From NCBI GenBank assembly GCA_965198175.1, contig OZ240245.1, positions 4,352,001 to 4,416,000 on the forward strand: a DNA stretch of 64,000 bases, in the 5' to 3' direction. This stretch comes from Candidatus Poribacteria bacterium. Its GTDB lineage: Bacteria > Poribacteria > WGA-4E > PCPOR2b. This document shows positions 39,307-50,305 of the stretch, piece after piece. A program made the translations under genes and the position numbers. The notes beneath the pieces were generated by a model, which saw nothing but the letters and a program-made list of their open reading frames with translations, did no database searches and was not told where the DNA came from. The stretch's first letter is position 1, and each line of letters begins with the position of its first letter.

Positions 39307-40057
39307 TTAACCCGATAATCTGTCCACTTTTAACCTTCTGTCCCGCTTTGACTCGAATGGCAGACAAGTGTCCATACCATGTTGTATATCCACCAGTATG
39401 TTCAATGACAACGATTCTCCCATATCCGCGATCCCACCTCGCGCGAACAACTCTCCCGCTTTTGGAGGCATAAACACGCGTTCTCGATTTGGCTCGAAAA
39501 TCGGTGCCGTGGTGGAATTTCAACCTCTTACTGATTGGATGGCGACGATAACCGTAATTAGAGGTAACCGTTAAACGATTGCGCAGTGGGGCTTTGAAAC
39601 CTATTGCATGGGGATTGGGGATGAAGAGCTTCTGCTTCGGTTGAATCATGTGTGGGGATCTCAGCTTGGGATTGGCTTTCCTTATGCTCTTCCACGCAAC
39701 GTTGTGTTTTCTTCCAATTCCATATAACGTATCCCCTGTCTTAACTCTATACCAGGTACCATCAATCCGTTGGGAAGGTGCGACACCGGGGATGAATAAC
39801 TTTCTCCCAATGTTCAAGCGACGTGGAGAATGGATACGATTGGCACTGAAAATGGATCGCACAGATACATGGTATTTCTTCGCAATACCCGATACAGTAT
39901 CTCCCTTACGTACCCGATGCCACAAGCCCCATGCCTGCGATGTGGTAGCTAAAGTTGTATCTATTGAAAAAAAGAAAATCAGGATGGTTACGGTTACGCT
40001 AGTAAAGGATAAACGTAATCGTGAACATAGACCGGCGCTTGGTGAACACCCTAGCAT
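39218..40057 (-). CDS. LysM (x2) / M23 family metallopeptidase
   Basis: VRKGDTVSGIA and VKTGDTLYGIG LysM repeats; HHGTD, YGHL, TGPHLHFE. Confidence 0.93.
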   Translation of the reverse strand: MLGCSPSAGLCSRLRLSFTSVTVTILIFFFSIDTTLATTSQAWGLWHRVRKGDTVSGIAKKYHVSVRSIFSANRIHSPRRLNIGRKLFIPGVAPSQRIDGTWYRVKTGDTLYGIGRKHNVAWKSIRKANPKLRSPHMIQPKQKLFIPNPHAIGFKAPLRNRLTVTSNYGYRRHPISKRLKFHHGTDFRAKSRTRVYASKSGRVVRARWDRGYGRIVVIEHTGGYTTWYGHLSAIRVKAGQKVKSGQIIGLSGSSGHATGPHLHFEIRWKGKSVDSSRYI

Positions 40058-40221
40058 CTATTACTCCTTATAACGGGAAAGGTTTGTGACAAAGATTGTG
40101 TAATGAGAGTTTCGGCGCTATTACAGGAGGCGAGTTTCTTACTAAACCCTTGGAGATTGGTTGGGCTGGTGTCTCGACCTCTCACGAAATTGGCGCTTCG
40201 TCTTAACTATACTAACGGAAA

Positions 40222-40710
40222 TTAACTTGGTGTGACTGTAAGCAGTATTGTTTGGGTGTCTGTAAGGACTTCGGTATTTGTATCAACGCCTGATTCCTTA
40301 ACCGAAATTACTTGGCTAACTCCCGTGGCAATCAGTTGTATGACTTCAACTTTGACTTCGAGAGAGTCCAATGTCTGTGGCGCGGTCCAGAGTGCACTAT
40401 GTTGATTCACAACTGAAAGTTCGCCGTACTCTGTCACGTTCACCCAATTGAGTAGGAGATTTGTACCTCGAATCCCGTCAACGGTTGCCTTCATGTTAAC
40501 CACTTCTCCCGTCTGAACAGTGGTCTTGCTCACCTCAACATTAACGTTGAGTGATTGGGTATGTTGGTCTGCTGGTGATAGATTATCGGTGTTCTCTTCC
40601 GGTTCTTGAATGGGATTCTCAATGCTGCTGCCGCCACAACCAATCAGCCATACGACCATACCGAATAGAATGATGTGTGAGCAAATTGGAGGTCTGCATA
40701 GTTTAATCAT
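40222..40710 (-). CDS. Putative lipoprotein with Ig/PKD-like domain
   Basis: Lipobox LIGC; WTAP motif. Confidence 0.7.
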   Translation of the reverse strand: MIKLCRPPICSHIILFGMVVWLIGCGGSSIENPIQEPEENTDNLSPADQHTQSLNVNVEVSKTTVQTGEVVNMKATVDGIRGTNLLLNWVNVTEYGELSVVNQHSALWTAPQTLDSLEVKVEVIQLIATGVSQVISVKESGVDTNTEVLTDTQTILLTVTPS

Positions 40711-40862
40711 TATTCTCTCCTTGAGCGCGAAAAGTGAAAGACAAGATGTATTGACAAAACGTTCTTACGATACGGAAAGTTTCAACAAGACGCGGAGAGA
40801 ATTCCTAAAAATTGTCAATTTTTGTGGCAATTATTCTCTACTCTCTGTTCTGGAACTTCGGG

Positions 40863-41540
40863 TCAAGTACGCTTTACGCAATAAACGGAAATGGTTGACG
40901 GGTGTCCTTCCGGAAATACAACGTAAGCCTGTTTTTTATGGGTAAATCCACAAAGCTCAAGAAGGTTCAAAAATCCAACGGCGTTGGTTCGACTCGGTTC
41001 AGAGACAATTGCTTCACCATCAGCAACGAGATGCCTCTGAAACAGAAATATGAGGGATCGCCAGTTTTTTTCCTCGTAGATGACGTCTGATGCGAGAATG
41101 AATGAAAATTTTCCTTTCACACACGGTGCATTCCAATCCATTTGAGCAAAGGTTGCTCTGTCTGCACACCCGTGTTGCCAGACGTTGTACCGAGCTAACA
41201 ATAGTGCGTCTCTTTCACAGTCGGTGAAAAGCACCTTGCCACCTTGCTGACACCCCACAATTCCAGCGAGTCCGAATCCACAACCAACCTCCAGGATGCG
41301 CTGCCCTGCTAATCTTATGGTGAGGTCGAGGTGGTTCGCCAAACCAATTGATGAAGACCACAAATATACCCAATACGGAAGATGTAGTGTTCCGTTGCGC
41401 CCCTCTCGACTTAACGTCTCAAGTAACGAATCGGGGTCCTCTACAACAGTCATAGAAATCTGCCTAGAGGCGAGTTGAATAATTCGTTCAGTAACTGGAT
41501 AGCGGTGTTCGATTTGTGGGAGAAAATCGCTAATCTGCAT
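40863..41540 (-). CDS. Class I SAM-dependent methyltransferase (Methyltransf_16-like)
   Basis: LPYWVYLW, ILEVGCGFGLAG, FTD, ILASDVIYE; likely start MQISDF. Confidence 0.88.
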   Translation of the reverse strand: MQISDFLPQIEHRYPVTERIIQLASRQISMTVVEDPDSLLETLSREGRNGTLHLPYWVYLWSSSIGLANHLDLTIRLAGQRILEVGCGFGLAGIVGCQQGGKVLFTDCERDALLLARYNVWQHGCADRATFAQMDWNAPCVKGKFSFILASDVIYEEKNWRSLIFLFQRHLVADGEAIVSEPSRTNAVGFLNLLELCGFTHKKQAYVVFPEGHPSTISVYCVKRT

Positions 41541-41779
41541 AACCGTGGCGTAGAGTGGAGTGCATGAAATGTGACAAGATTTCAAACTGGAATGCTGTTT
41601 AGGATTCTCTCTTGTACATTACCGCGCTCAAACCATCACCCCGGCGACTTATCCCTCGTTAGCGGCGGAATTCTTCAATCATTCCTGCGGCGTTCTTCAG
41701 GGAAAACACCACGAAATCATTCACGCACCCATCTTGTGCAATCCCATGCTCGCTTCTTCACTTCCGAGCGAGATTTTCA

Positions 41780-42463
41780 CTATACGAAAGCGAAGACGCG
41801 CGTCGGGGCGCCGGAACTCCGTACTAATTTCAGTGGTGCAATCACCACGTAAAAATGTGTGGGTGTTAGGCTCAAGTTGCAAAGATCTTCCACTTGCGGA
41901 ATGCCTGTGCCGAGAAAGGTGTGATGGGCGGGGAACTCCTCCGTCTGATGTCCGGACATCGCATCAATACTACACGCGTCCGTCCCAATAACCTTGATGC
42001 CTTTCTTGACGAGCAGTTCAGCAGCATCACCGCTAAAGCCAATCCATTTACGATTGAAGATGTCCTGAAATGCATATCTGTCCATTCCGGTTCGCATAAA
42101 TACGATGCTTCCCGGAGAAATATCACGGTTCTTAGCCATCCATATTTCGATATCTCCCGCAGTTACCGCATCTTCTGGCTGCTTGGTTGCGGAAAAATCC
42201 ATCAGGATGGCATACCCCGTCAACTTATCTTGAGGGATTTCAGCAATAGTATACCCATCGGCATACATCAGGCACGGAACGTCGATATGAGTCGAATAGT
42301 GACCGGATAAATCAACGCGGCTCTCAAAGTAACCATCCTTCTCCATTGTTGCTGTGTCGTAAATCCTAGCAGGATGGATTGGGAGTTCCCGCGGGCTGTT
42401 TTCATCGACTGGGTAGGAGAGATCGATGACTTTCTGAAAATTGATTTGCATTTCTATTTTCAC
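41780..42463 (-). CDS. Cyclase family protein (kynurenine formamidase-like)
   Basis: IDLS, HYSTHIDVP, FMRTG, IGTDACSID, APLKL..SGAPTR. Confidence 0.9.
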   Translation of the reverse strand: MKIEMQINFQKVIDLSYPVDENSPRELPIHPARIYDTATMEKDGYFESRVDLSGHYSTHIDVPCLMYADGYTIAEIPQDKLTGYAILMDFSATKQPEDAVTAGDIEIWMAKNRDISPGSIVFMRTGMDRYAFQDIFNRKWIGFSGDAAELLVKKGIKVIGTDACSIDAMSGHQTEEFPAHHTFLGTGIPQVEDLCNLSLTPTHFYVVIAPLKLVRSSGAPTRVFAFV

Positions 42464-42913
42464 TCTTCATTAAACTGCGTTTCCTCTTAAATACTCTGGC
42501 AAATTATAGCACTGTATTGTTTCAAAATCAAGCCTGAAATCGCAGTAAATTAAAATACGGAGGGCGTTCCTTTTTGCTTCGGTGTGTCTGAATCTTTCAA
42601 CGCAGAGGAAAAACCGTTAGTCCCATGTCACCTATTGGTGTCCTATTTTCTCTTTGCCGACAAAAATCTCAACTCGATGAAATCGGTAAAACAGAAGGAA
42701 AATCTGTCCCACGCTACAAGGGATTTGGGGCGATATCGTCAATAGTGCATCGGTCGCGTTTCGCGCTTGACTGGTATTTACCAATATGGTAAAATTCAAA
42801 TCTCCGTACATTTTGTCGAAAATACGGGTTGGCGGAGAAGCCTGAATCAACTCGCCCATCTCTAACATTCTCATAAACTGGACATTGATGTCTATGAGGA
42901 GGAATCCAAATAG

Positions 42914-44044
42914 ATGACTTTGAAAGTCGGTGTCGTTGGCCTGAGTGGAATCGGCACCAACCATACAAGCTGTTATGCAACCGACGAGCTGGCAGAGCTT
43001 GTAGCTGTCTGTGATGTTATCAAAGAGCGTGCGGACAGTGTGGCGGATCAGTTCGGTGTGAGAGCGCACTATAGTCTCAAGGACATGCTGGAGAGCGAAT
43101 CCGAGCTTGACATTGTTGATGTCAGCACAGGGGGAAATGAGAACGGCAGTTGGCACTACGAGCCAACCATGCAGGCACTGGAAGCTGGCAAGCATGTTCT
43201 CGTCGAGAAACCTCTCTCCAATGACGTTCACGAAGCGCGAGATATGGTCGCCAAAGCAGAAGAGAAAAATGTCTACCTCGGATGCAACTTAAACCATTAT
43301 TTCACACCGCCAGCCGATCGGGCGAAGCAGTATATTGAGGATGGTGAAGTGGGCGAACTTGTCTACTGCTTACATAAGATAGGGTTCGCCGGGAGTGAAT
43401 GGACCTATCGTCCTCAGGATTCACCCAAAATTAAGGGCTTCCCGTACTTCCATATGAAAGCTTTTCTATCGCACCCCTTCAGTGTGATGCGATATTTCTG
43501 CGGCGATGTCACGCACGTCCAGGCATTTGTGGGTCGGTCAAGCTTTCGTAAAGGTGCAGGCGATGTCATGTTATCAATCAACAGCATACACGTCAAATTT
43601 GCCAATGACTGCATCGGCTATCTTCTCAGCCAACGGGGTGACACGACGTTTGGCTTGGGTGGCTGGTGGAGTATTGAAGTGGGTGGAACCCGAGGCACGT
43701 TCTGCGTGGAAAATTGCATTGAGAAGGTAACATTCTGGCCAGGTTCCGGCGCGGGGAATGCCTCACAACCCGAAAAATTGGACGTGGGAGCATCTTCGAT
43801 GCCAATCGTCACGAATTCCGGTATAACAGATTTCGGGCAAACTTTTCATCGAAGAATTCATGCTTTTCTGAAAGACATCACAAACGATGCGCATCATGAC
43901 CGATTAAGGGCTTCGGGGAGGGACGCATTGGCAGCTCTGGAATATACATGGGCGGCGATGGAATCGTATGAACAGGGCGGCATTCTCGTTCGCCCCCATC
44001 CGTTGCCTCGATTGCACGGTAACCCCGAAAGTCCTTCGAATTAG
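42914..44044 (+). CDS. Gfo/Idh/MocA family oxidoreductase
   Basis: VGVVGLSGIG; ALEAGKHVLVEKP. Confidence 0.92.
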   Translation: MTLKVGVVGLSGIGTNHTSCYATDELAELVAVCDVIKERADSVADQFGVRAHYSLKDMLESESELDIVDVSTGGNENGSWHYEPTMQALEAGKHVLVEKPLSNDVHEARDMVAKAEEKNVYLGCNLNHYFTPPADRAKQYIEDGEVGELVYCLHKIGFAGSEWTYRPQDSPKIKGFPYFHMKAFLSHPFSVMRYFCGDVTHVQAFVGRSSFRKGAGDVMLSINSIHVKFANDCIGYLLSQRGDTTFGLGGWWSIEVGGTRGTFCVENCIEKVTFWPGSGAGNASQPEKLDVGASSMPIVTNSGITDFGQTFHRRIHAFLKDITNDAHHDRLRASGRDALAALEYTWAAMESYEQGGILVRPHPLPRLHGNPESPSN

Positions 44045-44080
44045 CTGGGGCAGTTCAATGAAGTCTTATCATTAACCGTG

Positions 44081-45247
44081 TCAATCCCAAAAGGGCAGTA
44101 TCCATTCTTGCTTAATGTCTAAGCCAAATCCAGGGCCATCATTCGGTGTAATGTAGCTGTTCTTGGGTACTGACTCGCCTTCAAACGGTTTTGTTTCTTC
44201 CAACGGTACTCCGGGGGGTGTTCCGACGAAGTATTCAACCCAAGGTGTATTGGGCATCGCAGCGGAGAGATGAAGTCCATACTGATTCAGACCGCCGCCG
44301 TGAAAAATGACGGTCAGCCCGGCTGCATCTGCCATGTGGCAAATCTTAACACATTCCGTGATCCCACCAACCCAAAAAATATCCGGCTGAAGAATGTCCA
44401 AACACCCTTGCTCAATAAGCAGCTTGAAGGGCCACCGGGTGTGTAGATGTTCTCCGCTAGCGAGGGACATCCAGTTTACGGCATTGCGAACCACTACGTG
44501 CCCATCAATATCCTCGGGAATGAGAAATTCTTCAATCCATTTCAGTTGGTACGCCTTGAGCCGGCGAGCCAAGCGAATCGTGTAATCGACATCGAAAGCC
44601 ATGTAGCAATCCAGCATAATCTCTACGCTATCACCGACCAACTCGCGTGTCTCAGCAACGAGTTTTTCATTCGCATTCAGTCCCCATAGCCCGTCAGTGG
44701 GGCCATAGGGGCACGCTAGTTTCACGGCCTTGAATCCGAGTTCAATCTGCCAATCTGTGTCGTTGCCAGTTGCATATGCGAAGAGTCTATCTCGTACCGG
44801 TCCACCTAACAACTCGTAAACGGGCTGGTTCCTAATTTTGCCCATAACATCCCACAGGGCGAGGTCAATCGCGCTCATTGCACAGCTTGTCAAGCCAAGT
44901 GAACCGTAGGGTTTCGACATCCGGAACATCATATCCCAGATTTTCTCGACTGCGAAACAGTTTTCACCTATCAGCATTGGAGCGAAGTGGCCATCAATAA
45001 TGGTAGCCACAGGGTCTCCAAACGAGGTTTGCCCTAGTCCCCACGTGCCATCTTCCACGGTGACCTTCACAAAGACATCTCCCCATTTCGGCAACCAACT
45101 GGACCGGTGACGTTTATATCTAGGATATTTCGACATCGGGTTGGCGACTTCCGCGCTTTCGACCCAAGACGGGCGTCGTGGCAGTGTGTGCTTGATGTCA
45201 CGGAATGGAATGTTCACTTTGACAGGTTGTATCTCTTTAATCTTCAT
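44081..45247 (-). CDS. Mandelate racemase family sugar-acid dehydratase (L-rhamnonate dehydratase-like)
   Basis: ANPMSKYPRY, SAIDLALWD, PVYELLGG, YATGND, MLDCYMAF, WIEE, SGEH, QPD. Confidence 0.85.
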   Translation of the reverse strand: MKIKEIQPVKVNIPFRDIKHTLPRRPSWVESAEVANPMSKYPRYKRHRSSWLPKWGDVFVKVTVEDGTWGLGQTSFGDPVATIIDGHFAPMLIGENCFAVEKIWDMMFRMSKPYGSLGLTSCAMSAIDLALWDVMGKIRNQPVYELLGGPVRDRLFAYATGNDTDWQIELGFKAVKLACPYGPTDGLWGLNANEKLVAETRELVGDSVEIMLDCYMAFDVDYTIRLARRLKAYQLKWIEEFLIPEDIDGHVVVRNAVNWMSLASGEHLHTRWPFKLLIEQGCLDILQPDIFWVGGITECVKICHMADAAGLTVIFHGGGLNQYGLHLSAAMPNTPWVEYFVGTPPGVPLEETKPFEGESVPKNSYITPNDGPGFGLDIKQEWILPFWD

Positions 45248-45400
45248 TATGTTCTCCTAGTGCTATCTCGTTCAACAAGCATTGATTAAACGTCGACCAA
45301 GCAGCAACAACAGCGTTGCCATCGTTAAGATGGATTTCTAATGGATTTTATCACAGGAAACCGCTACTTCTGGAGGGGGTTGAATGTGTTGGAATCTGAG

Positions 45401-48142
45401 TCAGTGGGAAGCCGACATCGGCACCTTGGCAGGTTCTATGCGGACGGGGCAGACTTTGAGTTCAGCGGTCTGTGTAACCGGGTCATAGCCTGAGCCTGTT
45501 AGGATGTTCACAGGCACATCGCTGAAGCTAAAGCTGGCGAACACCGTCCCACGTGGGGAACGCTGCGTGGCTTTAACTTTGATCTTTACAGATCCGCGTG
45601 CGCTCGTCATCTGGCACCAACCACCATCCGTAAGCTCCCATGCCTCAACGTCGTTAGGGTTAACCTCAAGGGCCTCCTCTGACAGCAGATAGTCGATGCC
45701 CTGCGAACGACCGGTTTGTGTGCGTGTGTGGTAGGACTCAAGTCGGCGCCCGGTTGTAAGCCAGACGGGGAAGTCCTTTCCGACTGTCTCTGCCGGATCT
45801 CGATAGTATATGAGCTTGAAGATGCCGCGACCGTTCTCGAACTCATCCTGGTGTAGCATCGGTGTGCCGGGGTGCTCTCTGTGAGGAACCGGCCACTGGT
45901 ACATCCCCTCGTCAATCCGGTCCCAGTCGATACCCGCGTAGAGGGTTGAAACACTACAGAGTTCGTTGAAAATCTCCTTTGCGGACCCGAAATCGAAGCC
46001 CTGAAAACCGAGGCGTTTGGCTATCTGGGAAATAATCCACCAGTCCGGCTTTGCCTGACCCGGTGGCGGCACAGCAGCGCGAACGCGCTGTACACGGCGT
46101 TCTGTGTTTGTACACACCCCGTCGGTCTCGCCCCAGGCAGTCGCGGGCAACACGACATCGGCGAGTTGTGCGGTATCGGTTAAGAAGATATCCATCACAA
46201 CGAGATGGTCGAGACTCCTGAGTGCGTGTTCACAGTGTGCTCGATTGGGATCGGAGAGCAGTGTGTTCTCGCCATCAATAAGCATTGCCCGAATCTGATC
46301 GCCGCAGAGGTCGAGCGCCGTTACTTTGGTGATTCCCTTGTCTAGGTCTATGTTGGTACCATAGAGGGTATTGAATTTCGCTTGGTTCGCAGGATCGGTG
46401 ACGGGTTGGAAACCAGGGTAGTTGTTCGGGAGTGCTCCACTATCTCCCGCACCTTGGATGTTGTTCTGACCGCGCATCGGGTTAATGCCGGTTCCCTCAC
46501 GACCGATGTTGCCGGTCATAAGGACGAGGTTACAGAGACTCTGTACATTGTCAACACCACAGATGTGCTCGGTGACGCCGAGTGTATAATAGATTGCAGC
46601 CTTGTCAGCCGTACCGTACGAAATCGCCGCCAGTTCAATATCTCTCGCAGGGACACCCGTTATCGTTTCAGCCCACTCCGGCGGGAACGCCTTGACATGC
46701 TTGAGAAAGTTCTCACTGTCGGTCGTGCGATTCGAGATGAAATCAAAATCGACAAGCCCCTCACGGGCGATTACGTGCGCCATTGCGAGCAAGAGTGCAA
46801 CATCCGAACCGACCCGAATCGGGAGATAGAGATTCGATAGGCCTACGAGTCCAATCCGCCGCGGATCGGCAACGATAAGCTTTGCTCCCCGTGCAATTGC
46901 TTTCTTGAGGCGTGTTGCCGCTACAGGATGGCATTCGGTCATATTTGTCCCAATGCAGAAAATAACATCAGGTTTCTCCATGTCAATGAGCGGGTTCGAC
47001 ATCGCACCGCGTCCGATTGTGGCTGCCAGACCGGCAACCGTCGGCGCGTGTCAGGCACGGCTACAGTTGTCTATGTAGTTCGTTCCGAAGCCAGCGCGGA
47101 TGAACTTCTGCATAAGGTAAGCTGCTTCACTCGGTGCACGGCCCGAAGCAACACCGTAAATGCTATGTCTACCGTATTTCTCTCGCACTTTGCGGAAACC
47201 ATCAGCCGCGCGATCGAGCGCTTCGTCCCAACTCGCTTGGCGGAGTTGACCGTCGTTGCTGCGAACTAACGGTGTAGACAACCGGTCAGAGTGCTGCACA
47301 AAATCGAAGGCGAATTGACCCTTAACACAAAGCGCGCCTTGGTTTGCGGGACCATCCATTGCCGGGTGGATACCGATGAGCTTATCTTTTTTGGTCAAAA
47401 TGTCAACCGAACAACCGACGCCGCAGTATGGGCAAATCGAGCGTGTTTTCTCGATTTCGCCCGGGAGATTCTTTGCACGTAGTGCCTTCTTGTCAGCAAG
47501 TGCCCCGGTGGGGCACGTCTGTACGCATTGTCCACAAAAGGTGCATGCAGAGCCTTTCAAAAAACCGTTGAACTCAGTCGTAATCTGCGTGTCGAAGCCA
47601 CGATTCATTACGCTTATGGCGTAATCTCCCTCCTGTTCAGCACAAACACGCACACACCGGTAACAGGAAATACAAAGATCGTAATCGCGCAGAATGAAGG
47701 GATTTTCGTCGTCCGTGTTGCTAACGCCGGATTGTTTGCCCTTGAAGCGCCCCGTGCGTGCCCGGTAGCGTTCGACAAGGGTCATAAGCTCTTGTGACGC
47801 ATAGCCGCGCAGCGGATGGACATCAAGTTCTCGGTTCTCGGAGACGACCATCTCAAGCAGAACCTTGCGGTGCTTCTCGATTTCCTCCGTTACTGTTCGG
47901 ACGACCATACCGGGTGTTGCCTTCGTCGTGCAGGAGGCAACCGGATTTCGCGTTCCTTCAAGTTCGACGATGCAGAGGCGACATGCTCCGAAGGAATCAA
48001 GGCGGGGATCATAACAGAGCGTCGGAATATTTATTCCATGGCGGTGCGCGACATCGTAAATCGTTCCACCCTCTGTAAAGGTCTTCGTCTCGCCATCCAG
48101 TGTTATTGTGGCAGGCTGCGTTTCTATCTGGGTCGAATTCAT
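45401..48142 (-). CDS. fdhF: Selenocysteine-containing formate dehydrogenase alpha subunit (2Fe-2S/4Fe-4S N-terminus plus molybdopterin domain)
   Basis: ORFs 47051..48238 and 45401..47002 are in frame and joined by TGA at 47051-47053, reading NCSRA-U-HAPTVAGL at the catalytic Sec/Cys position. Also CPYCGVGC and MRGQNNIQG. Likely start MNSTQ (48142). Confidence 0.93.
47013..47050 (-). promoter_or_regulatory. Bacterial SECIS element
   Basis: GGUUGCC-GGUCU-GGCAGCC stem-loop starting 11 nt after the UGA, resembling the E. coli fdhF SECIS in sequence and spacing. Confidence 0.85.
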
Positions 48143-48250
48143 CGCGTGCTTCCTTTTTTCACTGAGTGCTTTTGTCGTTGCGGACATCCTATTGTCATAA
48201 AATTCGGATTCTGCCGTGAAATCACACTGAATCTGCATTTCTGTTCTGTC

Positions 48251-49921
48251 TCAAGCCTCAAAGTATTGCGCAATCCGTTCCGGAAAATACTTCATCAAGC
48301 TGTCTGTAATTAGCGGTGCTGCCATCCCGAGTCCACATGCACTGGTTGCTTTCATTACCCTACCGATGTCTTTCACCTCGGCAATCCATTTTCCCAGTTC
48401 TTTGGGCCCCGCCTTCATAGCTAAGCGCTCGGTGAGGCGCTGCGTGCCGATTCGACATGGGAAACACTTTCCGCATGACTCTTCGGCAAAGAATTCCATC
48501 GCGCTGCGTGCCGATTGGACCATGTCCCGACTGTCATCGAACACTATTATCCCGCCAGCGCCGAGCATTGAGCCTTTGCTCCGCAAGCTTGCCTCATCAA
48601 GTGTAACGTCAAGATCCTCTCCTGCGAGAAAGCCGCCTGAAAGCCCCGCCATTGTAACCGACTGAATCGAATGGTTGTCGCGTGGACCGCCTGCCCAGTC
48701 ATAAAGCAGCGTCTTCAGCGGCAGCCCAAACGGCACTTCGTAGTTACCGGGTCTTCGGATATCGCCAGAAAGACTGATTACTTTTGTGCCAGCGTGACCT
48801 TTCATGCCGAGCGCCCGATACCAGTCTGCGCCCCAGCGCAGGATATGTGGCACCGAGGCGAGGGTCTCGACGTTGTTGACAGCTGTGGGCAGATTCTCGT
48901 AACCGTGCGTCACCGGATAGGGTGGGCGGTTGCGTGGGAAGGGATGTTTCCCTTCTAGACTATTCAGTAGTGAGCCTTCCTCTCCGCAGATGTACGCACC
49001 AGCTCCGCGTCTCAGGTGAATGCGGAAACTGAAATCACTTCCAAGCACCTCCTCGCCGAGGTAACCGCCTGCCTCTGCTTCAGCAATCGCACGTTCGAGA
49101 ATCTTGAATGTGTCAGGGTACTCATACCGAAGGTAGATAAAGCCGCGTGTTGCACCAGTGGCGTAGGCTGCGAACGCCATTCCCTCGATTATAACGTGCG
49201 GGTCGTAATCGAGGATTGCCCGGTCCTTAAAGCATCCGGGCTCGCCCTCATCCGCGTTGCAGATAATTGTTTTCGGATTGCCAGGGGCTTCGGCAACCGC
49301 TTTCCACTTGAGTCCGGTTGGAAAGCCCGCACCTCCGCGTCCCGCCAGCTTGCTTTTTGTGACAAGCTCGATAACCTCGTTAGGTCGCATCTCCTTCACA
49401 GCCCGCTCAAGCCCTTCGTAGCCGCCGGTTCGGCAGTAGCCCTCAATGTTAGATCTGCCAGGCGTGCGAATCGAGGCGAAGACACACTCTTCGATACCGC
49501 CCGGATTCGGCGGAGGTAAAGGCGAAGGTCGAGCTGCTAGTGTATCCGAATTTGCTCCAACGAATACCTTGTGGCCTTCCAGAACAGGAACGAAATCGTC
49601 GCAGCGACCTGCACAGGGCATCGCTGTCGCGCCTTCCTCCCTGAGATCTTCGATGATTTCTTTTCCACCTTCTAAAGAACATACGGGACCCATGCAGACC
49701 CGCGGCGCACGTTGTCCCGGGGAGGTACAGGAGAAGTGGTGGTAGAAAGTGACGATGCCGAAGAGATCTGCCAGTGGAATTTTGAGCCCGAGAGCCGCAC
49801 GCCGGAGGGACTCATCCGAAATAAAACCGTCTCGGTCGTGAAAGGCGTGTAGCAACGGAAGCAGCGGCGCCGGCTCGCTACACCAACGCTCGACGAGTTC
49901 CTGGTTCGTAGGAGCTATCAT
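48251..49921 (-). CDS. NuoE/NuoF-like fused diaphorase subunit of NAD-linked formate dehydrogenase
   Basis: TFYHHF..CMGPVC..CAGRC (NuoE-like); GRGGAGFPTG, NADEGEPG, GAGAYICGEE, ESCGKCFPCRIG, CGLG (NuoF-like). Confidence 0.92.
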   Translation of the reverse strand: MIAPTNQELVERWCSEPAPLLPLLHAFHDRDGFISDESLRRAALGLKIPLADLFGIVTFYHHFSCTSPGQRAPRVCMGPVCSLEGGKEIIEDLREEGATAMPCAGRCDDFVPVLEGHKVFVGANSDTLAARPSPLPPPNPGGIEECVFASIRTPGRSNIEGYCRTGGYEGLERAVKEMRPNEVIELVTKSKLAGRGGAGFPTGLKWKAVAEAPGNPKTIICNADEGEPGCFKDRAILDYDPHVIIEGMAFAAYATGATRGFIYLRYEYPDTFKILERAIAEAEAGGYLGEEVLGSDFSFRIHLRRGAGAYICGEEGSLLNSLEGKHPFPRNRPPYPVTHGYENLPTAVNNVETLASVPHILRWGADWYRALGMKGHAGTKVISLSGDIRRPGNYEVPFGLPLKTLLYDWAGGPRDNHSIQSVTMAGLSGGFLAGEDLDVTLDEASLRSKGSMLGAGGIIVFDDSRDMVQSARSAMEFFAEESCGKCFPCRIGTQRLTERLAMKAGPKELGKWIAEVKDIGRVMKATSACGLGMAAPLITDSLMKYFPERIAQYFEA

Positions 49922-50305
49922 CGTACACTCCAGCTTCCAAGTCAATTTCAATCTTGTATATCAGGGAACAGTTCTGTATCACCTGTTTTGGTAATGGTAT
50001 CACGTAATTGATTGCAGTGTCAATCGAATTTTGACCATCTTCTTCACTCTTATTGTATCGCAAGAAGTAGATACAGGCTTTTCTCTTCAAGTTACGAATC
50101 TCTTCCCCTTTAACAAGGGGGAGTTGGAGGGGGCGCGGTGCAAAACGTCCTTGCGTTTTATATCTGAAAACCGGTAACAACTTGTTACGAAAAAAAATCG
50201 AATTTTGTGTGACACTCTTTAGCCTAATTTGTACACTTAATTTTAAACCGTATTAGATCGCACTTAAGGTGTGAATGCCCCTGTCAATCTGCTCTGGGGA
50301 GTGCT

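Noticed and set aside
42632..43231. 199-aa minus-strand ORF
   Set aside because: Antisense to the well-supported Gfo/Idh/MocA gene; no recognisable motifs.
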